Of a DNA stretch of 64,000 bases, positions 1 to 12,893 are shown piece after piece. Within the stretch, counting starts at the first letter, position 1, and each line of letters starts with the position of its first letter. The stretch lies in assembly GCF_009914755.1 (NCBI RefSeq), contig NC_060936.1; one strand, given 5' to 3'. The notes beneath the pieces were generated by a model. The model saw only the letters and a program-made list of their open reading frames with translations, made no database searches and was not told the origin of the DNA. The stretch comes from the human T2T-CHM13v2.0 reference genome, Homo sapiens. The translations under genes and the position numbers were made by a program.

Positions 1-153
1 GATAGATTCTTCAATACATTCATATTCCCTCTCATCATGTAAGAGTAAATAGAATCAAGGATATGCTACTATAGGCCCATACAAGATAACAGAGGGATGC
101 TATGCGTTTTTTGTAGTAACTGTTCAGGTTGTGCCCGTAAGAAGGTAAATGTA

Positions 154-430
<277 letters not shown>

Positions 431-1034
431 TTAGACAACTCTAGTTATTAAGTCAGGTGTGGTTGTCTTAAATTTGGAATTGAATCTTAAAATTGTTTCA
501 CTCAATGTTTTGGCAATATCGTAGGAAGAAAACATACCTGCTTATTCTTACCAACAAGAATGCTTACTTTTGATTCAGGTTTTCTAAATTTAATTATTAA
601 CCTGTAGTTTCCACAAATTTTGGTACATTATTTCAGTCTATTTTCTAAACATAGTAGCCTCTAGCTTCTGGCAATTCATTGTTACTGTTTTTTAAATCCT
701 TTGCTGCCTTTGGAAGTTTTCTTGAACAGCAGTTGACCAACAGGTAAATATATTGCTAGAGATTTAATCCTGGATATTAACTACACAGATGTTTTGCTTG
801 CATACACATCATGATATTTGTTACATTTATGATGCAAATCATGGTGTCTCCCTTTCCTGTGATGCTACTTTTTAGAAGCTACTAAATTCAAATGAACTAT
901 CCTTTTTCATGTTTAAGTCAGATGAAATCTTATGAGATTAAACATTTAGTCATAGTTATATAAACAGACTAAGCTGGTTTGGTGGATTCATCTTTCACTT
1001 ATGAAGAAAGCAGTTTCAAAAAAAAGTCACTTTA

Positions 1035-1142
1035 GGCTGGTCCAATGGTAGTCAGTTATCTCAATTGATTGCTCACAGTCAGTTACAGGTCAAACTCCTT
1101 GTTCTTCTCTTTTCCCCCCTCACTACTGTACTTGGCTAGTCT
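1035..1142 (+). pseudogene. Y1 RNA (RNY1) retropseudogene with A-rich tail to about 1190
   Basis: GGCTGGTCC...AGTTATCTCAATTGATTG...CACAGTCAGTTACAG...CTCACTACTGTACTTGGCTAGTCT matches hY1 with several substitutions; degenerate A-tail follows. Confidence 0.92.
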
Positions 1143-1349
1143 ACAAAAAATAATAAAAATTTAAAAACTAAAAAAAAAAGTTAAAAAAAAGTTTTTAAGT
1201 TATCACTTTGGATTATATTCCAGAAGTTAAGGTTTGATCACAAGAAAAAGGATAGCTTATTGTACAGGGCTTATCATTATGTTTCTTTATTATTTAATAA
1301 AAAACCAAAATTCTGTTGTCTTAATTGTTTCTTTCTTCTACCCCTAAAG

Positions 1350-1481
1350 ATTCCTATTCTAGAAATAAAATTGAAGATCCTTCCAGTTCTTGGATTTCTA
1401 GGTGGAGTAATATTTTCCTGTTCAAATTATTTCCATGTTATCCTCCATGGTGGTGTTGGCAAGAATGGATCCACTATAGCA
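1350..1481 (+). CDS. CHPT1: CHPT1 (choline phosphotransferase 1) coding exon 5, IPILEIKLK...GKNGSTIA
   Basis: AG at 1348-1349, GT at 1482; 132 nt, phase 0-0; peptide recognised as CHPT1. Confidence 0.95.
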
Positions 1482-2226
1482 GTAAGGCAATAATTTCATC
1501 ATTCAGTGTCAATTTTATGATACATTTTCTTATCACCAGTTATAAAAAGATTAAAATATGCCAAAGTTCAAGAATGGGGAAGGAAACTAAGTATCTTAAA
1601 GAATTCATTTTAGGCACATAGTACAAAAGCATTTTAAAAACAGTTTAAACTGATATTTTCCTCTTTCTACAAGCTTGCTCTGCATAGACTTTTCTGACAT
1701 CTAGTTTCATTACTGCACATAATTAAGAGTTGCCATTTGTTTTCCTGCATTTTGTGCCTTGAACTAATAGCAGAGAGGAGAAAGGGTAGGGAATGTATGA
1801 GTTCCTGATTGAAAGCAGGAAAGTGGCCAGAGGTCAATGGTTTCACATATGGGGGGATTTATTACTCATCAAGTAAATTTTATTGAAATTTCACTGAAAT
1901 ATATTTAAAAGAACTATTCTAATATTTCAAAAGGTAAAATTTTAACTTTAATTCTTAAGTGGGTATACTTTGTGCTTGTGTTCTTTACACCTTGCTCATG
2001 CAAGTATTAAATATAATGCTTTTGTATTTTTTCACATTTGTTTTTTAAAACTTCAGTACTTTTAAGTGGGCAAGAGTTGGGATTCCTGCAAACTTTTTAA
2101 ACAAATATAACACCTATGTTTTTAAAAAGCCTATTGTCATTTTCAAGGTAGTTGAACAGAAGAAGACAAGTACTTATTCCAGTGATACCATCTTATACCA
2201 AACCATTGTTATAATGCCTTTTTCAG

Positions 2227-2525
2227 GGCCGGGCACAGTGGCTCATGCTTGTAATCCTAGCAATTTTGGAGGCCGAGGCAGGTGGATCACTTGAGGTCAA
2301 GAGTTCGAGACCAGCCTGGCCAACATGGTGAAACCCTGTCGCTACCAAAAATACAAAAAAATTAGCTGGGCATGGTGGCCATGCTTTTGTAAATCCAGCT
2401 AGCTACTTGGGAGGCTGAGGCAGGACAATTGCTTGAACCAGGAGGCGGCGGTTGCAGTAAGCTGAGACGGTGCCACTGCACTCCAGCCTGGGTGACAGAG
2501 CGAGACTCTGTTTCAAAAAAAAAAA
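2227..2525 (+). mobile_element. Alu (S-type)
   Basis: Dimeric Alu, A-tail, AATGCCTTTTT flanking repeat. Confidence 0.92.
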
Positions 2526-3005
2526 GAATGCCTTTTTAGGATTGCTTTAAACTATAGCATATTCACTTTAATTTCTTTTGTTGTATAGTTCAAAATTTCT
2601 ATCCTTTAAAGTCATTTGGAGCAAGGTCTAATAAGATATTAAACATTAGATATAGCATTTTTAGTAAAAAAAAGTCTCATTCTTTTAAAAGACGTGTAAG
2701 TAGACTTTCGAGACAATTTCAAAGGGATCCTCATAATTGACAAATTGTCAATATTTATGAATACACTTTATATACATAATTCAAAAGCAAAGTATACAAT
2801 TCATCTAGAAATATAAGTTCTGATATATTTGGAAAAGTTGTCATTTTTTGAGGTGTTTTGTCAGTTGATCTCAGTATAGTACTGTGCTTAGGAATACATG
2901 TTGCTTGACTGTGGATGATAACATAGAACAATAGTTGGAACGTTAAGTTCCATTGAAGAAAACAAGATGTAGTAATGATCATTGTCTACTCTAAAGAATA
3001 TTTTT

Positions 3006-3297
3006 GACCAGATGCGGTGGCTCACGCTTGTAATCCCAGCACTTTGGGAGGCCGAGGCGGGCAGATCATTAGGTCAGGAGTTCAAGACCAGTCTGGCCAA
3101 CACAATGAAACCCTGTCTCTACTAAAAATACAAAAATTAGCTGGGCTTAGTGGCGGGCACCTGTAATCCCAGCTACTCAGGAGGCTGAGGCAGGAAAATC
3201 GATTGAACCTGGGAGGCGGAGGTTGCAGTAAGGCAAGATCATGCCACTGCACTTAAGCCTGGGTGACAGAGCTAGATTCCATCTCAAAAAAAAAAAA
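3006..3297 (+). mobile_element. Alu (S-type)
   Basis: Dimeric Alu with A-tail; AAAGAATATTTT flanking repeat. Confidence 0.92.
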
Positions 3298-3798
3298 GAA
3301 TATTTTCATTAAAAAAACTGTTAGATGTTTGAAGGATGACTTAAACACAAGTTAGGAAGTGGTTGGTTTCAAACTCTTAAACTGGTATTTTTCCAACTTT
3401 TTTAGGAGCAGATTTTTTTTCTTGAATGAGATTTAAGAATCATAATATAAAGCACTATTAGATTTTTATAATTTATTACTATACAGTGTCATGTATATAA
3501 TTTTATAATATGGTATTACTGTAATTTTATAGTAAGTTCTAACTTAAAACATGTAAACTTAATAAACAAGAGTAAAGCTGTTCTTGTGAACCCATTTAAA
3601 TTGGTTATAGATTTAATAACCTCAATACCAAATTTATTTCAATATTTTATTTAGGATAAGCAGTGCCGAGAGGATACTAATTCACATAGATAAAAATGTA
3701 ATGGTCTGGATTTTACAATTTTACATAAAAGAACATTTGCAGTCTGAATGCAAAAAGAAAGGAGGTGGGGATGTTGGTGTAGAAAGAAACTAGGATAA

Positions 3799-3953
3799 GC
3801 TGGGTGTGGTGGCTCTCGCCTGTAATCCCAGCACTTTGAGAAGCTGAGGCTGGGAGGATCGCTTGAGCCCGGGAGTTTGAGACTGGCCTGGGCAACATGG
3901 GGAAACCCTGTCTCTACTAAAAACACAAAAAATTAAAAAAAAAAAAAAAAAAA
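3799..3953 (+). mobile_element. Alu left monomer (FLAM/AluJ-like) with A-tail
   Basis: Single Alu arm followed by poly(A). Confidence 0.85.
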
Positions 3954-4394
3954 GAAAATAGGAAAAAAGAAGGAAACCTGAATAGAACTAAACTATTCTT
4001 ACTCTTCTTCATCAGTGATATTTTGTAGAATTGGCAGAATAAGCTCTATTTCAGTATCTCCACAAAATTATGTTAATTTGGCAATCCACATGTGGACTGC
4101 CTTCGATGTAGTAAAAGTTGATATAGAATAAACTGCATTAATTTTTAGCCAGTTTAAAACGTGTGTGAATATCAAACTGGAATCAGACATCTGTGGCACT
4201 GTATTATGTCTCTGTCACCCTCAGGTTCTATGAAACCTTGGAAAGCACAACTCAGGTTTGTATACTCCTGTAGGCCATACACTACATCACACTGTTCTTT
4301 AGGCCTCTTGCACAAAATAGATGGTCAGAAAATGTCTACATTGTAATAAATGCAGTGTTAAAATGTGATACTGATTTTCTGCTTTATCCCTTAG

Positions 4395-4553
4395 GGCACC
4401 AGTGTCTTGTCACCTGGACTCCACATAGGACTAATTATTATACTGGCAATAATGATCTATAAAAAGTCAGCAACTGATGTGTTTGAAAAGCATCCTTGTC
4501 TTTATATCCTAATGTTTGGATGTGTCTTTGCTAAAGTCTCACAAAAATTAGTG
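4395..4553 (+). CDS. CHPT1: CHPT1 coding exon 6, [10 protein letters not shown]...AKVSQKLV
   Basis: TTAG acceptor, GTAAGA donor; 159 nt in frame with exon 5. Confidence 0.95.
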
Positions 4554-4948
4554 GTAAGAAATTTTTATTATTCATGATATAAATAATATACTTAGTCGTC
4601 AAACACAAAGCTGGAAATTATTTCATAAAATGTATAGGTTTTCTTTTGTAGTGTAAAATCATAATAATTAGCTATTTGTGCTCCAAGCAAAACTGTGATA
4701 AGAGTTATATTCAGTTAAATTGTTTAGCTGTAGTTATCATTTACAACTTTCTGATATCAAGAAATTTAAACACTGGAAACTTTAATAAGCTACCCAGTTG
4801 TGAATTTGAGAAGGTGTAGAAAAGTATTCTTAAATGTGAGATTAAATGGTCTGTTTTAATACTGAATTAAAGTTATAATTAATTCTGTCGTAAAAGCTAA
4901 CACATTTAAAACTTAATAGTAAAATTATTTTGTTTAATTTTTTTATAG

Positions 4949-5074
4949 GTAGCTCACATGACCAAAAGTGAACTATATCTTCAAGACACTGTCTTTTTGG
5001 GGCCAGGTCTTTTGTTTTTAGACCAGTACTTTAATAACTTTATAGACGAATATGTTGTTCTATGGATGGCAATG
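4949..5074 (+). CDS. CHPT1: CHPT1 coding exon 7, [13 protein letters not shown]...VVLWMAM
   Basis: TTTTATAG acceptor, GTAAGT donor; 126 nt; overlaps ORF 4958..5176. Confidence 0.95.
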
Positions 5075-5161
5075 GTAAGTATTTTTCTCCATTTTATTTA
5101 TTTTTTAACAATGCTTAAGAGCTATTTCAGTGAGCTATCAGTAGCCTCAAGATCTAGTCTA

Positions 5162-5461
5162 GGCCAGGCGTGGTGACTCACGCCTGTAATCCCAGCACTT
5201 TGGGAGGCCAAGGTGGACGGATCATTTGAGGTCAAGAGTTTGAGACCAACCTGGCCAACATGGTAAAACTCTGTCTGTACCAAAAAATACAAAAAATTAG
5301 CCAGGCGTGGTGGTGCATCCCTGTAATCCCAGCTACTCAGGAGGCTGAGGCAGGCAAATCACTTGAACCTGGGAGGCAGAGGTTGCGGTGAGCCGAGATC
5401 ATGCCACTGCACTCCAGCCTGGGTGACACAGCGAGACTGTGTCTCAAAAAAAAAAAAAAAA
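5162..5461 (+). mobile_element. Alu (S-type)
   Basis: Dimeric Alu; TSD AAGATCTAGTCTA. Confidence 0.93.
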
Positions 5462-7520
5462 GATCTAGTCTATACAATATATACAATAAATGTTTCTGAG
5501 TATTTAAAATTACTTCTTCTAAGCTGTGAATAATATTATATTGTGTGTAGAAATGGCCACATATCTATAGGCCAGGTTTCCAACAACCTGGATTCTTGGA
5601 AACACAACTGTGTACCTAAAAATAGCTATATTTTTCTCCCCCAAAATACCAGTACAAAGATGCCAAAAACCACTTTACTCTGCCCAAAGACTTTATTCCC
5701 AGTTTACAGCAAGTAACAGGAAAATTAGATGGGGTTAGTACTAGCAAAGGTGGGCACTTTATTGCATCGAGAATTGTCAGCTAATATTGAGGAAACAAAA
5801 CAGAATAGACAGTGCTACTAAATACAGGATTCTCAGACCATTTTATGCTAGATGTAAGGAACCCTTTTTATGTGTATGGCCCTTGAGGATAGTGTATAAT
5901 TTGTATTAATGATGACTCAGTCATCAATTAAATTAAATTCGCTTTGATTATATCCTGCTTAAGGAAACGACGTGGATGACATAATTTCTATTCAAAATGA
6001 TTATAAAATACAGAATATAGTGCTTGAGAGAGACACGTTAGCCATCTAAGGAAAAGAAAATCAATATTGGTAACACTTCAATTACAAAGTTGGATAAATG
6101 GAGCATTATTACATTTTTTTTCTATTGAGACATATCTTTATGGTTGGTCTCCAATTAATGGTGGCTTTGAATAGTTTTCTTGTATTTCTATCTCTGGACC
6201 CACTGGTTGTCACCAAATTCATAGTGATATATAAATATACCGAAGTACACCAAAACAAAACCCCCCAAAACCCTGCAGTGAATCTTTTGATAATTCAAAT
6301 AATCTCACCGTATTTGTTAGATTTGGATATTTAAAAAAATCTGTATCTATTCTGTGCATGGATTACAGGAGTACATCTAATGGTCCCTTACTAGGTTGTG
6401 TAGTATGCTTTTTCTGGAGTAACTTAATAACGTAATATTCATTCATAGTCCATTCAGAAGTCTTCATTCTTCCTATGGTGGCAGTGAGATATACTTAATT
6501 CTTTGAGGTGGACAATGAACGTTTTCAGGCAAAATTAAAAAAAAAAATGTTTAAAAATCAGAATAATGTCCTTTAATTTGGTATCCACTATAAATATTTT
6601 TAGGGCTCCCAAACAATCCAGTTTAAAAAATAGGGGATAATTAATCAAAATATCTAAAAACTCAATGTAAGTTTTCTTTTAGTGAACTTAGGTATGTATT
6701 ACCAAGTGGAATTGCTGAATTAAAATACCAGGTGTTAAAAAAATCAATCATCTGTCGTAACGAGTAATTGGCCTGGTTTACACCTGTGATGGAGACTGGT
6801 AAACTGAGGAAGTCAAATTCAATTTTTATTTAAAACACTATGTGGATGACAAAAAAAAAAAAAAAAAGCCACACACACAATGTGGTACTTTTCAAGTAAG
6901 CTTTTAACATAAATGATAGAGATTTTCCCCTCATGGGTGAGAATTCCCTCTCCAAGGGCAGAGCTATGAGTCTCCTTTTTCTCCTGGGTTTCATTTTCTG
7001 AAGAGAAGCATTTGACTGTAGACTCTGGGCAAAGTTTCTAAATAGAGGCCATCTTTAAATTTGTAAACACAATTCTGTATATGCTTCAAGTATGGTATCT
7101 TTTCTAGACCTTTTACCTTCTTACAACTAACCTCAAAGAAACAGAAATGTATATGATGGAATTAATTCATTATAAGATGACTGATAACTTCTTCTAGAAG
7201 GAAATTTGCAGCTTCGTGGCACAGCAGGAAGTTGAAACAATGTGGAGTCAGGAGAGTTGGGTTCTGTTACTTTCTAGTTTCTGTATTTTAGTCGTCTTTT
7301 TTACCTCTGAGCCTCAGTGTCTATAACTGTGAAATAACCTGCATTTTCCAGAGGACTACAGTGAGGTCCAAATTTGAAATGTATTAAAGTGCTTTAAAAT
7401 GTAGTATTTTTGGTGAAGAATTTTAGGTTAAGGTTTGATATTTGGGGGAGAAACAGAATAGTGCTACTTGAGAAAAGATAGATCATAATCGATTTTATAT
7501 TTTCTTTTTTGCTTCTAAAG

Positions 7521-7631
7521 GTGATTTCTTCATTTGATATGGTGATATACTTTAGTGCTTTGTGCCTGCAAATTTCAAGACACCTTCATCTAAATATATT
7601 CAAGACTGCATGTCATCAAGCACCTGAACAG
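7521..7631 (+). CDS. CHPT1: CHPT1 coding exon 8, VISSFDMVIYF...CHQAPEQ
   Basis: Pyrimidine tract plus AAG acceptor; weak donor CAG|GTTCAC; 111 nt. Confidence 0.93.
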
Positions 7632-7652
7632 GTTCACAAGCATATTGACTGA
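7632..7652 (+). CDS. CHPT1: CHPT1 alternative C-terminus by read-through of the exon 8 donor (VHKHID*)
   Basis: In-frame GTT CAC AAG CAT ATT GAC TGA; downstream tandem AATAAA at 8217 and 8233. Confidence 0.7.
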   Translation, partial: VHKHID

Positions 7653-8216
7653 CTAATAGCCCAAGGAAAAGAGGAGATGAAGTTAGGGGAATCTATGAGT
7701 GAAGGAAATCCCCCTGTGCAGGAGGCTAGTATACCATCAATAAGGTTATATTTGAATATAAAACATAAACCCTGTAGATTTCATTGTGTCTTATTTCAGT
7801 TATGAAGCCCCCGTTGTATCATCATTTTTTATCACAGATGTTCTCAGAATTGTCTACATATTAATTAGAAACAAGACTAAAGAAATGTCAATCCTGAGGA
7901 CAACAGTGAACCCCTGTAATTCTAAGTAGCAGTTTGTCTCTGAGACTTATCAGACACAGGGTTTTCACTGCCAAAGGATTACATAAATATTCAGAACATA
8001 AAGGATTTTAGCCATCTTGAGGGTGCTTACTTTGACTGCTAAAAACTGAAAAGTGATTCAATACTGCTTAAGTGCATGGCTTATAATGTAATTATTGAAT
8101 CAAGTTATGTTCTAAGAAATTTTTTATACTAATCATTTTTCAAGAGGCATATTAGTATGTTATAAAATACTTGCTTTTAGTATACTAGAATTTAAAAGGG
8201 CTACAGGAATTTTTTA

Positions 8217-8238
8217 AATAAAATTTGTATTTAATAAA
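8217..8238 (+). terminator. Tandem AATAAA, putative intronic poly(A) site for the short CHPT1 isoform
   Basis: AATAAA at 8217-8222 and 8233-8238 followed by GT-rich ATTTGTTGT. Confidence 0.5.
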
Positions 8239-9169
8239 AGGAATTTGTTGTACCAGTTCAGAAAAACATACGAATCTTTATACTGAAGGTAACTTGTTCC
8301 TTGATATTTTGAGTTAAAATTTCACTGTCACTGAAAAGTGGATGTTAAATATTCCCTTTCATGAAAAATGAAAACAGTAGCTAAGAGTCAGTTGACATGT
8401 AAGAAAATTAGTAACTTAGAAAAACTTACTTGGTAAAAAAAATCTTCCTTTTAGAATACAAAAGTTTACTTTAAGTACACACTGACTCATTTGAGGTGAT
8501 AAGGGATAAAATAAGTAAAAGTTATTCAACCACTAAGTACATTAGGTACTGATACTTATCTTTCCACTCTAATTGAAATGTATTTAGATTACTCATTATG
8601 AATACTACTAGAACTATCACAAAGATCTCTGGGGATCCAAATCTTCAGATTCCCATCTGACCCTATTTATTTTTAATTTTATATAATAGTTCAACAGACC
8701 ATATGTCATATGATGAAGTAATCAAAAAAAAAAAAAAGGAGTAATTTGTGTACTACATCTGTTTTAGGCAAGAAAAAGGTATATTGAAGAAAACAGTGAA
8801 AGATGATATTCCTTAAAAGCAAAAAAACATACTTATGGGAATTAAGTACACAGAAAACACTGGAGTACTTATTTTGCCTCTAACTAACTATTGGTAAAAC
8901 TTCCCAAATAAGGACTTTCTTACAAGGATGAATAGTACTTATGATTTATATTCTAATAATATATACTTTGGCTTAAAAGGAAAATCCTTTACAAAGTTCA
9001 AAAATTTAGGAAATAATGTCAAATATTCGTTAATGGTGGAAGACTAATTTCTTCCTGTACAAGTAGGTTGTCACAATTAGAAAAAGTTTATCTGTAGGCA
9101 CCTGTTTTTTTAAAACTTGGAAAACCTTATTATAACTAAGATAAGGGTGAGTTATACAGGCAAAAATTA

Positions 9170-9544
<375 letters not shown>

Positions 9545-9889
9545 TTAATTTAATTGCAGACCAAGCCCAATGAAGTGACATTATGTCTTTGTGGCAATGA
9601 CATATTCACAAATCCATGTCTTAAAACTGTTATTTATATATTGTTCTATTGCTAGTGATTTAATGTTCAGAGGTTAATGATTTTAGCAATTTATTCCAGA
9701 ACACAAATTTAAATGCATCTTATTGTCATTAGAATCGGTTGTACAACTTAAGTATATAGAAAAGGATGTACATGTAAAATAGATTTTGTATTCCGTTTTT
9801 TCCTTAAAGAACATAACCTTCTATACTTGGTTTTCTACCTTTTGGGATTGATAGAGATACAATGAAGCCAAACCTAAAATTAAATCGTC

Positions 9890-9895
9890 TTTATT
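9890..9895 (-). terminator. SYCP3: SYCP3 poly(A) signal
   Basis: TTTATT on + (AATAAA on -), about 260 nt after the SYCP3 stop. Confidence 0.7.
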
Positions 9896-10127
9896 TAATT
9901 GACAGTGTTAGAGAGAAAAATTCACTATCATTACTAAAGAGCTGAAAGCTTAATACATATTCTTTAGGAATAGTTGCTAACTAACTCATAACTATTTAGA
10001 TTTGACTTAACAGAAAGGGAGGTCTTACAATGAAACAGGTTTATGATTAAAGATGTTACAATTAAACTATTCTAAAGACTTACAATATGCTTCTTAGCTA
10101 ACGTTATAATTGTATCATATTACTTAG

Positions 10128-10172
10128 GTTCAAGTTCTTTCTTCAAAGAGTCATCAGAATAACATGGATTGA
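10128..10172 (+). CDS. CHPT1: CHPT1 terminal coding exon 9, VQVLSSKSHQNNMD*
   Basis: TAG acceptor with CTAAC branch-like motif at 10098-10102; matches the recalled human CHPT1 C-terminus. Confidence 0.88.
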   Translation, partial: VQVLSSKSHQNNMD

Positions 10173-10207
10173 AGAGACTTCCGAACACTTGCTATCTCTT
10201 GCTGCTG
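10154..10207 (-). CDS. SYCP3: SYCP3 last coding exon (9), QQQEIASVRKSLQSMLF*
   Basis: CAG acceptor at 10210-10208; TGA at 10156-10154 followed by a second TGA. Confidence 0.96.
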   Translation of the reverse strand, partial: QQQEIASVRKSLQSMLF

Positions 10208-10274
10208 CTGTTTCATGGAAGGAGATATTAAACATTTGTTTAATTTTTATTTAAGTGTTATACCTATTTCAGCA

Positions 10275-10280
10275 AATAAA
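10275..10280 (+). terminator. CHPT1: CHPT1 poly(A) signal, located inside SYCP3 intron 8
   Basis: AATAAA about 100 nt after the CHPT1 stop. Confidence 0.7.
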
Positions 10281-10335
10281 ATATTTCATTGCTTATATTA
10301 ATCCTTATTTTTTCAATTTCAATATGATCACTTAC

Positions 10336-10440
10336 AGTTTCCATCATAATTTTTTTTTGCAACATAGCCATTTCTTTTTTAAATTCATTTTGTGCACCAG
10401 TAAGTAGATTATCATGATTCTTCTCCAACTCTTCCATACT
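10336..10440 (-). CDS. SYCP3: SYCP3 exon 8, [10 protein letters not shown]...KKIMMET
   Basis: TTTTTAG acceptor, GTAAGT donor; 105 nt. Confidence 0.96.
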
Positions 10441-10877
10441 CTAAAAACACAAAAGACAAGTTAAGTTACAAAGGACCACTTTTCATCTCAGGTTCTAAAC
10501 TTGTACAATTAATTTTCAAAAGTAGTAATTTTTGAATATTCAAATGCTCATCTATTTGAAATAAAAATATTCTAAGTAATACATGAATACCAAAATACCT
10601 ACTAAAAAAGAAAAAATATAAGACATGAATAAAATGTTATAGGAAGTACAATGTAGTATACTTTGCCCACAATGGGTTTCCTGAACTGTTAAGGTCAAGA
10701 TAAAAAAGACTGGAAGTCCCACATCAGTAAAAACCATTTCTATTAAGCTTTCCAAATATCAAGCAATAATCTACTTATGACTAATAGTGTGCCATGAATT
10801 CACTAGAGGGAATAAAATAATCTATAGTACAACCTCTTTCACATTATGAAAAATAAAAATTATGTCTTACGTCTTTA

Positions 10878-11600
10878 TTATTCATTCAACAAACAGTTAA
10901 TCTGGTGCCTACTATGTAAAAGGTGTGTATTAAGTGCTGTAGAGAAATTAAAAAACAATAATACATGATTGCTTCCTGATGGCAATGAGAAAAAAACATA
11001 GGAACAAAACAAAAATTTTATAATAGGAATGGAAGCACAACTTGCTGTGGTGATATAGTGGAAAATGGGGATTAATTCCAATTTAGTGGGCAAAATACTA
11101 AGATTTCAATAGATAAAGAAAAAGGAGTTAAATATATTCTAGGGGAAGGGCATAAGCAGAAGCATGGAAGTACATAGTGAGCTGAGAGAAAGCAGTTATG
11201 TGGAGGGGTGGGGTAATGAACAAATGTAGTAAATGAAGCTTAAAAAGAGGGTCATGTCATAGGGGGATCTTCAATACCTAAGAATTTAGAACAGGAGGCT
11301 ACTGACAGTTTTTCAAGAGGGAAGAGATATATTTTTAAAAGATAATATGGCAGATCTAGGAGGGATAGATTGGAGAACAGAGACATCAGTTAAGAATTTT
11401 AATGGTACAAGCAAATAATAATGAGGTCCTAAACTAGGGTAGTAGCAGTGGGCATTAAAAGAAAGAACCACTGCAGAAGTAAAAATTACAGGGCCTAGTA
11501 ATAACTGGATGTGACAGAGAAAGGAGATGGAAGAGTCAAAGGTTATACTATAGTTCCTATCCTAAATAGTAACATTTAGTGATAACATTTAGAAGAAATC
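10878..11600 (-). mobile_element. L2 fragment
   Basis: TTCATTCAACAAAC...GTGCCTACTATGT is the reverse complement of an L2 3' end; purine-rich L2-like body follows. Confidence 0.55.
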
Positions 11601-11718
11601 TTTATCTAGTACTTTATCAAAACTTCACACCAACTACCAAATGGTTCTCAGAGCATTGGAACAAGACAACAAGTTTTCCACTTGGAAATACTTTTTAAAA
11701 TAACATGTGTGTGTATAA

Positions 11719-12030
<312 letters not shown>

Positions 12031-12794
12031 TGAAATATTTATTTTAAAACAATTTTGCTAGTTTACTTAGAGCATCCCAATTCCTTTAATGTTATTTTAA
12101 CATGTATTTGCACAAGACTATCTAAAGGAACCACCACTGAAAAAAAGTATATGCAAGATTCCATTGAGCTTCTATGAATAGTTACTAAAAAGTATATTTC
12201 TGCCTGAACAAGAGGGGTACAGACTACAATTTGCTAATATGTATGTGTCAGTAGATAATTATCAATCCACAGACTTTTAATCCTCAGATGTCTATTATAT
12301 CTGTTATTTTATGTTGGATATAAATTCATTTTTGGTCACTGTAATAATTCTAAAAGCAAATGTGCCATAAAATACTTCTATAATACATTTGAAAACAAGA
12401 GAATTCAATAATTTGGGTACTTTCTATTTAACAAACACTGGGGATAAAAAAACAAGTAAAATACAACCTAAAAATGATTATTATAGAGTCTATTTTCACT
12501 TAAACAGAGAACTATGACTGAAGTGTTATTAAAGTATGGATTTTATGCATGATAAGTATATTTCTAAGTAAAATTCCCAATTTACCATTTCCTGTCTTGA
12601 ATAATCCCAACAAAACCATTTGAATCCTCAAGTAAAAATATATTTATCACTTAAATCAGAAACAATGAATTCAAAATGGAAAAGTAGTTAAAGTCTAAAA
12701 TGTTTTTTCCCATAAACTTAGAAAGAATTATCTTCTACTTCCATAAATATATTATGTTTTATAACGATGTATTGTGTTACCACATACAACAAAC

Positions 12795-12893
12795 CTTTAT
12801 GAACTGCTCATATAACTGTTTAATTGTTTTCAATCTCTGGCTCTGAACAATTCTAGATTGTTGAAGAATCTTTTGTTGCTGTCGAAACATATT
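12795..12893 (-). CDS. SYCP3: SYCP3 exon 7, [10 protein letters not shown]...YEQFIK
   Basis: TTTGTAG acceptor, GTTTGT donor; 99 nt. Confidence 0.95.
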
